52,018 bases of DNA from an uncultured Chromatiaceae bacterium (GCA_945787615.1 CALZJI010000152.1:1-52018); one strand, 5' to 3'; counted from the first letter of the stretch, positions 10,679 through 21,701 are shown. The notes: generated by a model from the letters alone, not told the origin. Numbers and translations: made by a program.

Positions 10679-11614
10679 TTATATCTCCAAGGCGCTACGG
10701 GCTTTCTCCAGTGTCGCCGTATCATAGACGGGTAACGCCTGGAGATCGGGCGTAATCCGCTTGTTTAGTCCCGCGAGCACCTTACCTGGCCCGCATTCTA
10801 CGACGTGTGTCACCCCGCGGCGCCCCATTTCTCGGATAGTCTCCACCCACCGTACGGGGCTATAGAGTTGTTTTATTAACGCTTCTTTTATGTCCTCGGG
10901 CCTTTCACGAAGCGCGACGTCAACATTATTGATGACGGGGATTTCCGGCGATTTCATTTCAACGGTGTCGAGTAAGTTCGCCAAGCGATCGGCGGCGGGT
11001 TTCATCAATAGGCAGTGAGAAGGTACGCTTACCGGTAAGATAAGCGCCCGCTTTGCACCGCTTTCTTTGGCCTGATCCACAGCCCGGGTTACCGCTTCTT
11101 TGTGACCTGCAACAACGACCTGCCCAGGTGAGTTAAAATTCACTGCCGACACGACTTGCCCTTCTGCGGCTTTATCACACAATTCCACAACCGTATGATC
11201 GTCCAAGCCTAAGATAGCGGCCATCGCGCCCTGCCCAACCGGCACGGCCTCTTGCATGAAGCGACCGCGCTCCGCAACGACATTGACAGCTGCTTTGAAA
11301 TCGAGCGTACCCGCGCAAACTAACGCAGTATATTCGCCCAAACTGTGGCCTGCCAAAACATCCGGCTGGCCGTAACCCAGAGAACGCCATGCCCGCCATA
11401 CGGAAAACCCAGCGGCCAGCATCGCCGGTTGAGTAACGCGGGTATCATTAATCTCTGCTTCCGGGCCGTGTTGAACCAACTGCCATAGGTCGTAATCCAA
11501 AATCTCAGAAGCCTCGGCAAATGTTTGTTTTACATGGTTAAATTGATCGGACAATTCCGATAACATGGCGATGGATTGCGAGCCTTGGCCCGGAAATACA
11601 AATCCTAGTCTCAT
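10679..11614 (-). CDS. fabD: Malonyl-CoA:ACP transacylase
   Basis: FVFPGQGSQ, GHSLGEY, VSVPSH. Confidence 0.97.
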   Translation of the reverse strand: MRLGFVFPGQGSQSIAMLSELSDQFNHVKQTFAEASEILDYDLWQLVQHGPEAEINDTRVTQPAMLAAGFSVWRAWRSLGYGQPDVLAGHSLGEYTALVCAGTLDFKAAVNVVAERGRFMQEAVPVGQGAMAAILGLDDHTVVELCDKAAEGQVVSAVNFNSPGQVVVAGHKEAVTRAVDQAKESGAKRALILPVSVPSHCLLMKPAADRLANLLDTVEMKSPEIPVINNVDVALRERPEDIKEALIKQLYSPVRWVETIREMGRRGVTHVVECGPGKVLAGLNKRITPDLQALPVYDTATLEKARSALEI

Positions 11615-11836
11615 TGTCTAAAATTTCCCCGTCGTCTCGAAATCATCGTCGACCGGTTTCCGAACGTACCGTGTTGAGCCCGCGTATTTCTTTTTGTCGC
11701 TGCAAAGTAGCCTCTCACAACTAACGGTTAGAAAATCTCTTAAGCCTTCCAAACAACTGGAAAAAGAGTGAATTTAAAAACTTTTTTGTTTTTTGTGGGA
11801 GAAAGCACAACACAACGCGCCGAAGTGATTCATTTG

Positions 11837-12805
11837 CTAGTACTTAACCAGGGCCGAGCCCCAGGTAAACCCACCACCAAAGGCCTCTAATAATAGCATG
11901 TCACCTTGTTTCACCCGCCCGTCTCTAACGGCCACGTCCAAGGCCAGCGGCACCGACGCCGCCGACGTGTTGCCATGCTCAGAAACGGTAAGAATAACGC
12001 GATCCATGGACATTTTTAATTTTTTTGCCGTCGCGGCGATAATACGCGTATTGGCTTGATGCGGTATCAGCCAGTCGATGTCGCTTTCAGCGAGGCCGTT
12101 GGCGGCGAGCGTTTCATCGACAATACGCCCTAGAGTATTAACCGCCATTTTAAACACTTCTTTGCCCTCCATTTGGATGTACGCTTCACCGTTTTGGACG
12201 GCATCGTACCCTTGCGAGATGCCCTTTGGTACGTGCAGCAACTCCTCGAATTGGCCGTCAGCATGAAGGTGCGTCGATAGAACGCCTGGAGTGTCCGATT
12301 CTTTGAGTATGACGGCGCCAGCACCGTCGCCAAACAATACGCAGGTGCGCCGGTCAGTCCAATCGATGATACGAGACAACGTCTCTGCGCCAATCACTAA
12401 GGCGCACTTCGCACTACCGGTCTTGATGAATTTATCAGCAACGGACAAGGCATAAATAAACCCCGTGCAAACGGCCTGAACATCAAACGCGGGCGTACCG
12501 TGAATGTCGAGACGCTGCTGCAACAAACAGGCCGTACTGGGAAACACTTTATCGGGCGTGGTCGTTGCAACAACGATAAGATCGATATCTCGATTTTTGA
12601 TGCCCGCCGAGTCGATAGCGCTGTTAGCGGCCACCTCCGCTAGATCGCATGTGGTTTCACCGTCAGCGGCGACGTGTCGCTTGCGAATACCCGTTCGGTC
12701 GGCAATCCATTCGTCCGTGGTATCAACCAGTTTTTCCAAATCGGCGTTGCTAACGACTTTCTCTGGCAGAAACCCTCCCGTTCCTACGATTCGGGAGAAC
12801 TTCAA
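11837..12805 (-). CDS. fabH: 3-oxoacyl-ACP synthase III
   Basis: [34 protein letters not shown]. Confidence 0.97.
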   Translation of the reverse strand: MKFSRIVGTGGFLPEKVVSNADLEKLVDTTDEWIADRTGIRKRHVAADGETTCDLAEVAANSAIDSAGIKNRDIDLIVVATTTPDKVFPSTACLLQQRLDIHGTPAFDVQAVCTGFIYALSVADKFIKTGSAKCALVIGAETLSRIIDWTDRRTCVLFGDGAGAVILKESDTPGVLSTHLHADGQFEELLHVPKGISQGYDAVQNGEAYIQMEGKEVFKMAVNTLGRIVDETLAANGLAESDIDWLIPHQANTRIIAATAKKLKMSMDRVILTVSEHGNTSAASVPLALDVAVRDGRVKQGDMLLLEAFGGGFTWGSALVKY

Positions 12806-13824
12806 CCTGTGCGCCTCTCTTGTAATAACGTTTCGAGTTGCGTACTGATACGTTGCGGCACGGCTTTTTCAACTTCCAACATCGCTTCTTTGATAGCGTT
12901 GCCGAAGGCTAGCGTATCAGCGCCACCGTGACTTTTTATCACAATCCCCTGCAATCCTACGAAGCTGGCGCCGTTATATCGTCGCGGGTCAATCCGTCGC
13001 CGGAAAGCTTTTAACACAGGGAGCGCGACGACCGCCGCAAACCGACTAAACAGATTGCGCTGGAATTCTTCCTTCATGAAGTGGGTAATCATTTTTGCTA
13101 CGCCCTCACTGGTTTTTAAGGCGACGTTTCCAACAAAACCATCGCAAACAACCACATCTACCGAGCCTCGATAGATATCGTCGCCTTCTACAAATCCCGC
13201 ATAGTTAATATTGCTATCAGCTAAAAGGGTCGCGGCCTCCTTGACCTGTTCGTTGCCCTTTATTTCCTCTTCACCAATGTTGAGCAATCCCACCGTGGGT
13301 GAAGGTTTGTTTTCAACGGCTTCCGTTAACACGGATCCCATCAGGGCAAACTGCACCAAGTGTTCGGCGCGCGTATCCACATTCGCCCCTAGATCGAGCA
13401 TGTGGATCTGACCCCTCATGGTTGGCAGCGTCGAAACGATAGCCGGCCTATCGATACCGGGCAGCGTTTTCAGCACATACCTGGCGGTGGCCATCAAGGC
13501 ACCCGTGTTCCCCGCACTAACGCACGCTTGTACTACGCCTTCTTTAACCAAATTGATCGCCACGCGCATGGACGAATCTTTCTTCCCACGCAACGCTTGA
13601 GAAGGAAGCTCATCCATCTCAACCGTCTGCGTGGTATGCCGAATCGTTAGCGCCCCCCCCACATTGGCGTTGCGCTTACGCAGCTCCAGCATTATCAGCT
13701 CTTGGTTACCAACTAAGTGTAACGCTAGATCGGGGTATTTCGCTATGGCATCGAGAGCAGCTGGAATTACGACACTGGGGCCAAAATCCCCACCCATGGC
13801 GTCCAGAGAGATCGATACGCTCAA
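12802..13824 (-). CDS. plsX: Phosphate acyltransferase PlsX
   Basis: [33 protein letters not shown]. Confidence 0.97.
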   Translation of the reverse strand: MSVSISLDAMGGDFGPSVVIPAALDAIAKYPDLALHLVGNQELIMLELRKRNANVGGALTIRHTTQTVEMDELPSQALRGKKDSSMRVAINLVKEGVVQACVSAGNTGALMATARYVLKTLPGIDRPAIVSTLPTMRGQIHMLDLGANVDTRAEHLVQFALMGSVLTEAVENKPSPTVGLLNIGEEEIKGNEQVKEAATLLADSNINYAGFVEGDDIYRGSVDVVVCDGFVGNVALKTSEGVAKMITHFMKEEFQRNLFSRFAAVVALPVLKAFRRRIDPRRYNGASFVGLQGIVIKSHGGADTLAFGNAIKEAMLEVEKAVPQRISTQLETLLQERRTG

Positions 13825-13827
13825 ACT

Positions 13828-14007
13828 TTAATCGCCCTTTGTCTCAATGACTTTGCGTCCTCGGTAGTAACCGTCTGAACTCACGTGGTGACGACGGTGG
13901 GTTTCGCCGCTCTCTCGGTCAATGGACAACGTGGGCGTCGTGAGGGAATCATGCGCGCGGCGCATGCCACGTTTAGATGGTGACTTTTTATTTTGTTGCA
14001 CAGCCAT
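13828..14007 (-). CDS. rpmF: 50S ribosomal protein L32 (59 aa, absent from the ORF track)
   Basis: Hand translation [59 protein letters not shown]; AGGAG SD upstream; between yceD and plsX. Confidence 0.97.
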   Translation of the reverse strand: MAVQQNKKSPSKRGMRRAHDSLTTPTLSIDRESGETHRRHHVSSDGYYRGRKVIETKGD

Positions 14008-14241
14008 TATGACTTCTCCTGTTGTAACAATCCCTAACGTTTAAAACCTCTTTTGCCACGATTAGCGCGCTTGGTGACACGCTTTCGCGGGTATCCTGGT
14101 ATCAATATGCCTTTGCTGTGCTAGTCCGATGAGGCATGCGCTCCGCCCCTCACCTCAATGCTCACACAATAGCAAGACAAAGATCATCCACCCAGGCCGG
14201 TTGTTCTCACTGGCCTTGGACATCATTTTAAAATACTTAAT

Positions 14242-14757
14242 CTATTTCGCTAATTTAAGGTCAGCCAGCACCGCAAATGGATTTTCGCGACCGGGACTTT
14301 GCGACGTTAATTCCGCCTCACTGGGCAACACTGAAGAACACACGCCCTCCGGATGCTTGGCAATATCGGGCAAGCTTAGTATCAGTTCGTCCTCGACAAG
14401 ATCAAACAACGAAAGCGTTTCCCTGTCTACGATGCATGGTTCGTAGCCTTCCGGCACTCGATTCGCTTGTTCGTCTGTTCTAACTATCGCCACAGACACG
14501 TCGACATCAAGCACCAGCGGCATATCTTCCATGCAACGCTGACACTGTACGGCGACTTCGCCTTTAATGGTACCGGCGATATAGCGAATCCCTTGTTCGT
14601 CAACGCCAAACTTCAGGTTCGCCTCAATTGCCCCCTGCGAGTGTCTCACCAAAGATGATAACCGCTTTAATTCCGACACCTGGATGCGAAGACATCGAGA
14701 CTGACCTCTTTCGGCAAGGACAAATGGATCAATAGCCCGCTGCTTATCTTTGGACAT
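14242..14757 (-). CDS. yceD: YceD/DUF177 23S rRNA accumulation protein
   Basis: CQRC, LVEDELILSLP, ENPFAVLADLK; upstream of rpmF. Confidence 0.92.
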   Translation of the reverse strand: MSKDKQRAIDPFVLAERGQSRCLRIQVSELKRLSSLVRHSQGAIEANLKFGVDEQGIRYIAGTIKGEVAVQCQRCMEDMPLVLDVDVSVAIVRTDEQANRVPEGYEPCIVDRETLSLFDLVEDELILSLPDIAKHPEGVCSSVLPSEAELTSQSPGRENPFAVLADLKLAK

Positions 14758-14897
14758 AACCGCAAAATCATATAATTATCGTAGCGTGGTGTCAAAATTT
14801 GATGATTTTCAACACGTGCGGAGTGATTATGGCTTGACTTCGAGCGAGGATTCCCGTACATACCGGGGAGCGAGTACGGCCTTGCTTCTTGCTCCTA

Positions 14898-14943
14898 ATC
14901 GTACCGGGTCTGTCCGCGCGATCGTACCGGGTCTGTACGCGCG
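14898..14943. repeat. 23-bp tandem duplication
   Basis: ATCGTACCGGGTCTGTCCGCGCG / ATCGTACCGGGTCTGTACGCGCG (22/23 identical). Confidence 0.85.
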
Positions 14944-15203
14944 CATCATACTGGAGATTGTTCTAACACGATTTTTTCGACGCGCGGTGGACCTTGACAG
15001 CCGGTCCACCGGGATGTAAGAAACGCGATCCAAAACAAAAAGCTAAACAATGCGGTTGCGGATAGTATTGCGCACCGACATAATGGCATTTGTATGTTGA
15101 CTTTTACGATGTAACACTGAACTGGGGGAATTCTACACGCGTAAACCAGATTGCATTAAGGACAGCCCCGTTTTCGTAACCTAACGAATTAAATGGAAAA
15201 AAT

Positions 15204-16625
15204 TTGACCATAAAGAAAGTTCTCATAGCCAATCGCGGCGAAATCGCCGTGCGGATTGTAAGAGCATGTGCAGAGATGGGCATCAAATCGGTGGCGGTAT
15301 ACACCGATTCGGACCAACATTCCCTCCACGTTAAAAAAGCAGACGAAGCCTACAACATTGGACCCGCCTCGGTAGCGGGCTACCTGAACGCCCACCGCAT
15401 TGCGAACCTGGCGGTTGCCACGGGGTGTGATGCCGTCCATCCCGGCTATGGATTCCTTTCCGAAAACCCACAGCTTCCGGATATATGCAAACGACGCCGC
15501 ATACGCTTTATAGGGCCCAGTGCGACGGTCATTCGCCGGATGGGAGATAAAATCGCCGCTCGCCAAGCGATGATTGAAGCCGGAATCCCGGTCACGCCCG
15601 GTAGCGAAGGCAACGTTAACGACGTAGCGGAGGCCTTGGTTTGCGCGGAACAAATCGGCTACCCTGTCATGCTGAAAGCGACTTCCGGTGGTGGCGGCCG
15701 CGGCATTCGCCGATGTAGCGACGCCGCGGACCTAAAAAGGAATTACGACCGCGTGGTCTCGGAAGCCACAAAAGCCTTTGGTAGCGCCGAAGTCTTTTTA
15801 GAGAAATGTATCGATAATCCACTTCACATTGAAGTGCAAATACTTGCCGATAGCCATGGCAACGTGATTCACCTTTTCGAGCGTGACTGCTCTATTCAGC
15901 GCCGCCACCAGAAACTCATCGAAATTGCACCCTCACCTCAAATCGACAATACCCTACGCAAGAAACTAGGTGGGTGGGCCGTGGCAGCCGCCAAAGCTGT
16001 GGAGTACGAAAACGCCGGCACTGTGGAATTTCTCGTCGACAAGGACAAAAACTGCTATTTCATGGAGATGAATACGCGACTACAGGTCGAGCATCCTATT
16101 ACGGAACAAATTACGGGCATCGATATAGTGCGCGAGCAAATCCGCGTCGCCTCTGGCCTAAAGCTCTCTTATCAACAGAAAGATGTGAAAAAACGCGGTT
16201 ACGCGATGGAGTTTCGTATCAACGCCGAAGACCCAAGAAACGACTTCTTACCCAGCTTCGGTCGAATAACGCGCTATTTTGCCCCCGGTGGGCCGGGCGT
16301 GCGTACCGACGGCGCAATCTATACCGGTTACGAGATTCCGCCATACTACGATTCGCTGTGCGCAAAATTGACCGTATGGGCATTAACCTGGGATGAATTG
16401 TTAGACCGGGCCAATCGTGCGCTGAACGATATAGCGGTGTACGGCATTAAAACCACTATCCCCTACCATCTGGAAATCATCAAATCGCCTGAGTTTCGGG
16501 CGGCGAGGTTTGACACCAGTTTCGTCGAAACCCACCCGGAACTGGTCAATTATTCAATTCGCCGACCCGCTCGAGAGCTGGCCGCAGCCATTGCCGCGGG
16601 TATTGCCGCCCACATGAGGCATTAG
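15204..16625 (+). CDS. pycA: Biotin carboxylase, pyruvate carboxylase subunit A
   Basis: KVLIANRGEIA, HPGYGFLSEN, GGGGRG, RDCSIQRRHQK, EMNTRLQVEH; paired with a carboxyltransferase-biotin subunit. Confidence 0.85.
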   Translation: MTIKKVLIANRGEIAVRIVRACAEMGIKSVAVYTDSDQHSLHVKKADEAYNIGPASVAGYLNAHRIANLAVATGCDAVHPGYGFLSENPQLPDICKRRRIRFIGPSATVIRRMGDKIAARQAMIEAGIPVTPGSEGNVNDVAEALVCAEQIGYPVMLKATSGGGGRGIRRCSDAADLKRNYDRVVSEATKAFGSAEVFLEKCIDNPLHIEVQILADSHGNVIHLFERDCSIQRRHQKLIEIAPSPQIDNTLRKKLGGWAVAAAKAVEYENAGTVEFLVDKDKNCYFMEMNTRLQVEHPITEQITGIDIVREQIRVASGLKLSYQQKDVKKRGYAMEFRINAEDPRNDFLPSFGRITRYFAPGGPGVRTDGAIYTGYEIPPYYDSLCAKLTVWALTWDELLDRANRALNDIAVYGIKTTIPYHLEIIKSPEFRAARFDTSFVETHPELVNYSIRRPARELAAAIAAGIAAHMRH

Positions 16626-16808
16626 CACGATTTTGCTATGGCGGTAACGATCGATTCGAATGCACGTAATTGCACACTCAAGAGAGCTCGAAATTGTCGA
16701 CACCTCGAAAATCGCTGTTTGCGAAAGCGAAGACGAGAAGCCGTTTATCAGTCCCAGCAACGCAGGACCATTAATCATCGTTTTGTCAACCACGAACGAG
16801 ACTGAGCC

Positions 16809-18629
16809 ATGTCAAAGATCCAGATAACCGACACAATTTTACGTGACGCGCATCAGTCACTGATTGCAACACGCATGAGAACTGAAGACATGCTTCCCAT
16901 CTGCGGGAAGCTGGATGAAGTGGGTTTCTGGTCATTAGAAGTGTGGGGGGGCGCGACGTTTGATGCGTGCTTACGGTTCCTTAAAGAGGACCCATGGGAG
17001 CGGCTACGCCGCTTACGCAGCGCGCTGCCTAACACGCGTTTACAGATGTTATTGCGGGGGCAAAATCTTCTTGGCTATCGCCATTACTCTGATGATGTCG
17101 TAAGCGCTTTTGTTCGATGCGCTGCTGACAACGGCGTCGATGTGTTTAGAATTTTTGATGCCTTAAATGACGTACGCAACTTTCGCGTTTCCGTCGAGGC
17201 GGTCAAGGCAGCAGGAAAACACGCACAGGGCGCTATATCGTACACGACCAGCCCCGTTCACGGCACACCACAGTTTGTGAATATGGCAAAGCAACTCCAG
17301 AGCATGGGGTGTGACAGTATCGCGATAAAAGATATGGCGGGCCTGCTAACGCCCGCTGCCACCGCGGAGCTTGTCATCGCGCTAAAAGAAGTTATAACAG
17401 TCCCACTACAACTCCATAGTCACGCCACCACCGGTTTAGCCAGTATGTGCCAACATAAAGCGGTAGAACTCGGCTGCGATAGAATCGACACGGCCATATC
17501 TACCTTTTCTGGCGGAACAAGCCACCCTCCCACCGAGACTATGGTAGCAGCGTTCCGAGGAACCCCCTATGACACGGGATTGGACCTAACGCTCCTCCAA
17601 GAAATCGGCTATTACTTCTACGAGGTTCGGAAGAAATATAGAGCATTTGAGAGCGAGTTCACTGGTATCGACACACGTGTGCAAGTCAATCAGATCCCTG
17701 GCGGTATGATCTCCAATTTGGCCAACCAATTACGTGAACAAGGCGCGCTGGAACGAATGAACGACGTGCTAAACGAGATCCCGCGTGTACGCGAGGACTT
17801 GGGGTATCCCCCACTCGTGACCCCTACTTCGCAGATTGTTGGAACGCAAGCGGTGTTGAACGTGTTAACGGGTGCGCGATACAAAAACATTACCAACGAA
17901 GTGAAATACTACCTGCAAGGACGATACGGAAAGGCGCCGGGAACGGTCAATTCAATAGTCAGACAACAAGCTATTGGCAACGAAGACGTGATAGACTGCC
18001 GTCCGGCTGACTTATTGCGCAACGAAATGGAATCGCTACAAGAAGAAATTGGCGCACGTGCAAAGTCGGAAGAAGACGTGCTCTCGTACGCAATGTTTCC
18101 CGAAGTTGGCCGTAAATTTCTCGAAGAGCGAGAAGCGGGCACGCTTATTCCGGAACCGTTGGAACCATTAAGCGGGGGCGCTGAATTCTGCGGACCCTCC
18201 CCTGTCGAGTTCAACGTTACGATGCACGGAGAGACATATCACATCAAGGTGACAGGAACGGGGCACAAGACTCAAAATCAGCGCCCCTTTTATTTATCGG
18301 TCGACGGTGTGCCTGAGGAAATCTTGGTGGAAACGCTGGATGAGATGTTTATCGGGGGCGAAGAAGGGGGCGCTACCGGTCAAGCTAAAGGGAGCAAGCG
18401 GCCGAAAGCCAAACAGCCGGGTGATGTGACTGCGTCAATGCCGGGAACGATAGTCGACGTGTTAGTAAAGGAAGGTGACGAGGTCAAAGAAGGCGACCCG
18501 GTTTTAATAACGGAGGCCATGAAGATGGAAACGGAAGTCCAGGCGCCGATCTCCGGTAAAGTGGTGGCCGTTAATGTTAGCAAGGGGGACAGTGTCAATC
18601 CCGATGAGACATTGGTCGAAATAGACTAA
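16809..18629 (+). CDS. pycB: Pyruvate carboxylase subunit B (OadA-like carboxyltransferase plus biotinyl domain)
   Basis: LRDAHQSL, EVWGGATFD, IKDMAG, HSH, C-terminal EAMKM biotin site; no oadB/oadG adjacent. Confidence 0.85.
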   Translation: MSKIQITDTILRDAHQSLIATRMRTEDMLPICGKLDEVGFWSLEVWGGATFDACLRFLKEDPWERLRRLRSALPNTRLQMLLRGQNLLGYRHYSDDVVSAFVRCAADNGVDVFRIFDALNDVRNFRVSVEAVKAAGKHAQGAISYTTSPVHGTPQFVNMAKQLQSMGCDSIAIKDMAGLLTPAATAELVIALKEVITVPLQLHSHATTGLASMCQHKAVELGCDRIDTAISTFSGGTSHPPTETMVAAFRGTPYDTGLDLTLLQEIGYYFYEVRKKYRAFESEFTGIDTRVQVNQIPGGMISNLANQLREQGALERMNDVLNEIPRVREDLGYPPLVTPTSQIVGTQAVLNVLTGARYKNITNEVKYYLQGRYGKAPGTVNSIVRQQAIGNEDVIDCRPADLLRNEMESLQEEIGARAKSEEDVLSYAMFPEVGRKFLEEREAGTLIPEPLEPLSGGAEFCGPSPVEFNVTMHGETYHIKVTGTGHKTQNQRPFYLSVDGVPEEILVETLDEMFIGGEEGGATGQAKGSKRPKAKQPGDVTASMPGTIVDVLVKEGDEVKEGDPVLITEAMKMETEVQAPISGKVVAVNVSKGDSVNPDETLVEID

Positions 18630-18691
18630 CTAAAGGTGATCCGCGGTCAATAGCCTGGTCACGCCATCGTGTTATTTCTCTTCCGAGTTAA

Positions 18692-18851
18692 GGGCCACGG
18701 AAATAAATAATTGTCCAAAGATTGCGCCGGATTTTGGCTCAGATTCAAGGCGCGGCAAGGGGCGCATAATCGCTTTATGTAACCCTTGTCGCAACACAGA
18801 AGCTGGGCCAAAAGACAAGCAAAATTGGATGATTATTTGTTTCCGCGGCCC
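18692..18851. mobile_element. MITE-like element family A, copy 2
   Basis: 160 bp, TIRs GGGCCACGGAAATAAATAAT / ATTATTTGTTTCCGCGGCCC, TAA on both sides; about 6 differences from copy 4. Confidence 0.88.
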
Positions 18852-18854
18852 TAA

Positions 18855-19033
18855 GGGCGGGCGAAAAAATAACTTCGTATTTTTCGCGCCCAGTTTTGGG
18901 TCATGTTTGGACAATCCGATTGAGCAAAACCGCGGGACTAGCCCGGCTAATTCGAGGTTTTTGCCATTGAGGATTATTCAAAGGTGGCGCGAATATGGGA
19001 TGCGAAAATCGTAAGTTATTTTTTCGCGAGCGC
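18855..19033. mobile_element. MITE-like element family B, copy 1
   Basis: 179 bp, TIRs GGGCGGGCGAAAAAATAACTT / AAGTTATTTTTTCGCGAGCGC, TAA on both sides; nested internal stems; second copy at 51924. Confidence 0.85.
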
Positions 19034-19081
19034 TAAGTGCGTCGTTGACGCATTCATAGCATTTTAGAAAGGGAGTTTTTT

Positions 19082-19471
19082 ATGTCACGAGAGGCGATCT
19101 ATACCGAAACTGCGCCGAAAGCCATCGGTACGTATTCGCAAGCCGTTAAAGTTGGAACCACGGTGTACTTATCGGGCCAGATCCCCTTGCTGCCGGAAAG
19201 TATGGAACTCGTCGATGGCGATATGGAGGCCCAGATTCGCCAGGTATTCGAGAACCTCCAAGCGGTTGCCAAAGCGGCGGGAGCGCGTTTGGCTGATGTG
19301 GCGAAGTTGAATGTGTTTCTCACGGATCTTGGTGACTTTCCTCTGGTCAATCAAGTTATGGCAAACTATTTCGTTGAGCCGTACCCGGCTCGCGCGGCCG
19401 TTGGCGTTGCGGCGTTACCCAAAGGTGCCCGGGTTGAAATGGATGCGGTACTCGTTGTTGCTGATGAGTAG
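19082..19471 (+). CDS. ridA: RidA/YjgF family enamine deaminase
   Basis: [33 protein letters not shown]. Confidence 0.92.
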   Translation: MSREAIYTETAPKAIGTYSQAVKVGTTVYLSGQIPLLPESMELVDGDMEAQIRQVFENLQAVAKAAGARLADVAKLNVFLTDLGDFPLVNQVMANYFVEPYPARAAVGVAALPKGARVEMDAVLVVADE

Positions 19472-19586
19472 CATCAGTTGCCACATTTGACTATGAGTTA
19501 TTATCAGCGGAATAGCGATTTTTTGACATCGTACCGTGCGACGCTAGAATTCATACGCTAGCAAGCTTCAGCGGATTCTTTTGGCC

Positions 19587-21701
19587 ATGCCCACCTCTCT
19601 CTCTCGCAACCCCATTACTGTACTGACGGGCGTCGGCCCTCGGATGGCCGAGAGGCTCGGGCGGCTGAATATCCATACTGTTGAAGACCTCTATTTCCAT
19701 CTTCCAACCCGTTATGAAGACCGAACGCGCGTGTGGTCAATTGGGGAATTATCCGCCGGTGACACCGTATTGGTAGAGGGTACGGTTGTAGTAACCGATA
19801 TTCGCTTCGCTCGACGTCGTATGTTAGTGTCCAGGCTCCGCGACAGTAGCGGCGAAATCCTATTGAAGTATTTTCATTTTTCCTCTAGCCAAAGGGCGCG
19901 TCTTGCGCCTGGGACGCGTTTGCGTTGTTTTGGAGAGGCGCGTTTAGGCGCCGCAACGTTAGAAATGGTTCATCCTGAAACTCAGGTGCTACGCGACGCC
20001 GCGCCGTCCCTGGCTACTCACTTAACGGCGATTTACCCGGCCGTTGATGGAATCCGACAAGGGGTGTTGCGTCGATTGGTCGACCAAGCGCTAAAGCTTA
20101 CTTCAACGGTTGACCCCCTAGAGGTTATCGAAGAAGACCGCGCCTGGAATGTTGCGGAACTATTGCCTCGGGAGATATGCAAAGCGCTAGGATTGCCGAC
20201 GCTGGTTGATGCCTTACGGTTTCTCCATCAACCGCCTGTCGATGTTTCTTTGACCCTATTGAACCAAGTCCGCCATCCCGCGCAGCAGCGCCTAATCTTC
20301 GAAGAGTTACTTGCACACCATCTGAGTCTAAAGCAGCTGCGCCTACAGGTGAAAAATGAGAGCGCGCCGGCGCTAACGGCGCCCGATTCGCTAACACGCG
20401 CACTTCTAGACGCATTACCTTTCAGGTTAACGGCGGCGCAGCAACGGGCGTTGGATGAGATTCGTTCCGATATAGCGCGTCCCCATCCAATGCACCGGCT
20501 GTTGCAAGGGGATGTGGGATCCGGGAAGACATTAGTCGCTACGCTGGCGATGTTAACCGCGATAGAAGCCCGCTATCAGGCGGTGATGATGGCTCCGACA
20601 GAATTGTTGGCCGAGCAGCATTATACTAATTTGCGGCGGTGGTTGGAGCCGCTTGGGATACGTACAACATGGATCGCTGGCACTATGCAGAAAAAGGCCA
20701 GGCGCGAAACACTCGATCGGGTAGCGCGTGGAGAGGTGGCATTGGTCGTTGGAACCCATGCTTTATTCCAGGCGGACGTGTCATTTGATCGTCTAGGAAT
20801 AATTGTTATTGACGAACAGCACCGGTTCGGGGTGCACCAACGGCTCGCCCTGCGAGAGAAGCGCGCCGATGGCTCAGAATACCCGCACCAGTTGACGATG
20901 ACGGCGACACCGATTCCTCGAACGCTGGCGATGACGGCTTATGCTGACCTTGACTTATCGGTGATCGATGAAATGCCGCCAGGTCGTCAGCCCGTGGAGA
21001 CAGTTGCAGTGTCCGAGAAACGCCGCGAGGACGTGATGACTCGTATCCTCGAGGCGTGTAGGAGTGGGCGCCAGGCTTTTTGGGTCTGTACGCTTATTGA
21101 TGAATCGGAATCGTTGCAATGCCAAGCGGCGGTGGAGACGTTTCAGTGGCTGGCTGAGAGATTAACTGGGCTGCGGGTGGGGCTCGTACATGGGCGGCTA
21201 AAGTCTTTAGAGAAAGAAGCCGTGATGAATGCGTTTCGGCGCGGCGACATTGATCTGCTTGTGGCGACGACGGTGATTGAAGTGGGTGTCGATGTTGAAC
21301 AGGCCACACTGATGATCATCGAGAACGCCGAGCGGTTGGGGCTGGCTCAGCTCCACCAGTTGCGTGGCCGAGTTGGGCGCGGCACCGAGAGGAGCGTTTG
21401 TGTGCTGATGTATCGAGGACCGCTGTCCGAACCGGCACGTGCTCGCCTGGCGGTGATGCGTGATACAAATGATGGTTTTGAAATTGCGCGACGCGATCTG
21501 GCGTTGCGTGGCCCCGGTGAGGTGCTCGGAACACGGCAAAGCGGCGATTTCAATTTCCGCATAGCAGATTTGGTGAGGGATCAAGGGCTAATTCAGGAAG
21601 TCGAGAGGGGTGCTAAGTTATTGTTGAAACGGTATCCGCGCTACGTCCAGCCACTCGTTCGCCGGTGGCTGGGCGATGTTAGCCGGTACGGCGGCGTATA
21701 A
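19587..21701 (+). CDS. recG: ATP-dependent DNA helicase RecG
   Basis: LLQGDVGSGKT, DEQHRFGV, MTATPIPRTL, QLHQLRGRVGRG; ATG start at 19587. Confidence 0.97.
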   Translation: MPTSLSRNPITVLTGVGPRMAERLGRLNIHTVEDLYFHLPTRYEDRTRVWSIGELSAGDTVLVEGTVVVTDIRFARRRMLVSRLRDSSGEILLKYFHFSSSQRARLAPGTRLRCFGEARLGAATLEMVHPETQVLRDAAPSLATHLTAIYPAVDGIRQGVLRRLVDQALKLTSTVDPLEVIEEDRAWNVAELLPREICKALGLPTLVDALRFLHQPPVDVSLTLLNQVRHPAQQRLIFEELLAHHLSLKQLRLQVKNESAPALTAPDSLTRALLDALPFRLTAAQQRALDEIRSDIARPHPMHRLLQGDVGSGKTLVATLAMLTAIEARYQAVMMAPTELLAEQHYTNLRRWLEPLGIRTTWIAGTMQKKARRETLDRVARGEVALVVGTHALFQADVSFDRLGIIVIDEQHRFGVHQRLALREKRADGSEYPHQLTMTATPIPRTLAMTAYADLDLSVIDEMPPGRQPVETVAVSEKRREDVMTRILEACRSGRQAFWVCTLIDESESLQCQAAVETFQWLAERLTGLRVGLVHGRLKSLEKEAVMNAFRRGDIDLLVATTVIEVGVDVEQATLMIIENAERLGLAQLHQLRGRVGRGTERSVCVLMYRGPLSEPARARLAVMRDTNDGFEIARRDLALRGPGEVLGTRQSGDFNFRIADLVRDQGLIQEVERGAKLLLKRYPRYVQPLVRRWLGDVSRYGGV

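Noticed and set aside
16809-18629. Na+-pumping oxaloacetate decarboxylase alpha subunit
   Set aside because: No beta or gamma membrane subunits adjacent and it is paired with a biotin carboxylase, favouring pyruvate carboxylase.
18672-19014. ORFs 18672-18914, 18829-19014 and similar ones at 35705-36034, 51621-51983, 1431-1720 giving near-identical peptides
   Set aside because: They are translations of the non-coding A/B elements; starts and stops differ between copies and no SD is evident.
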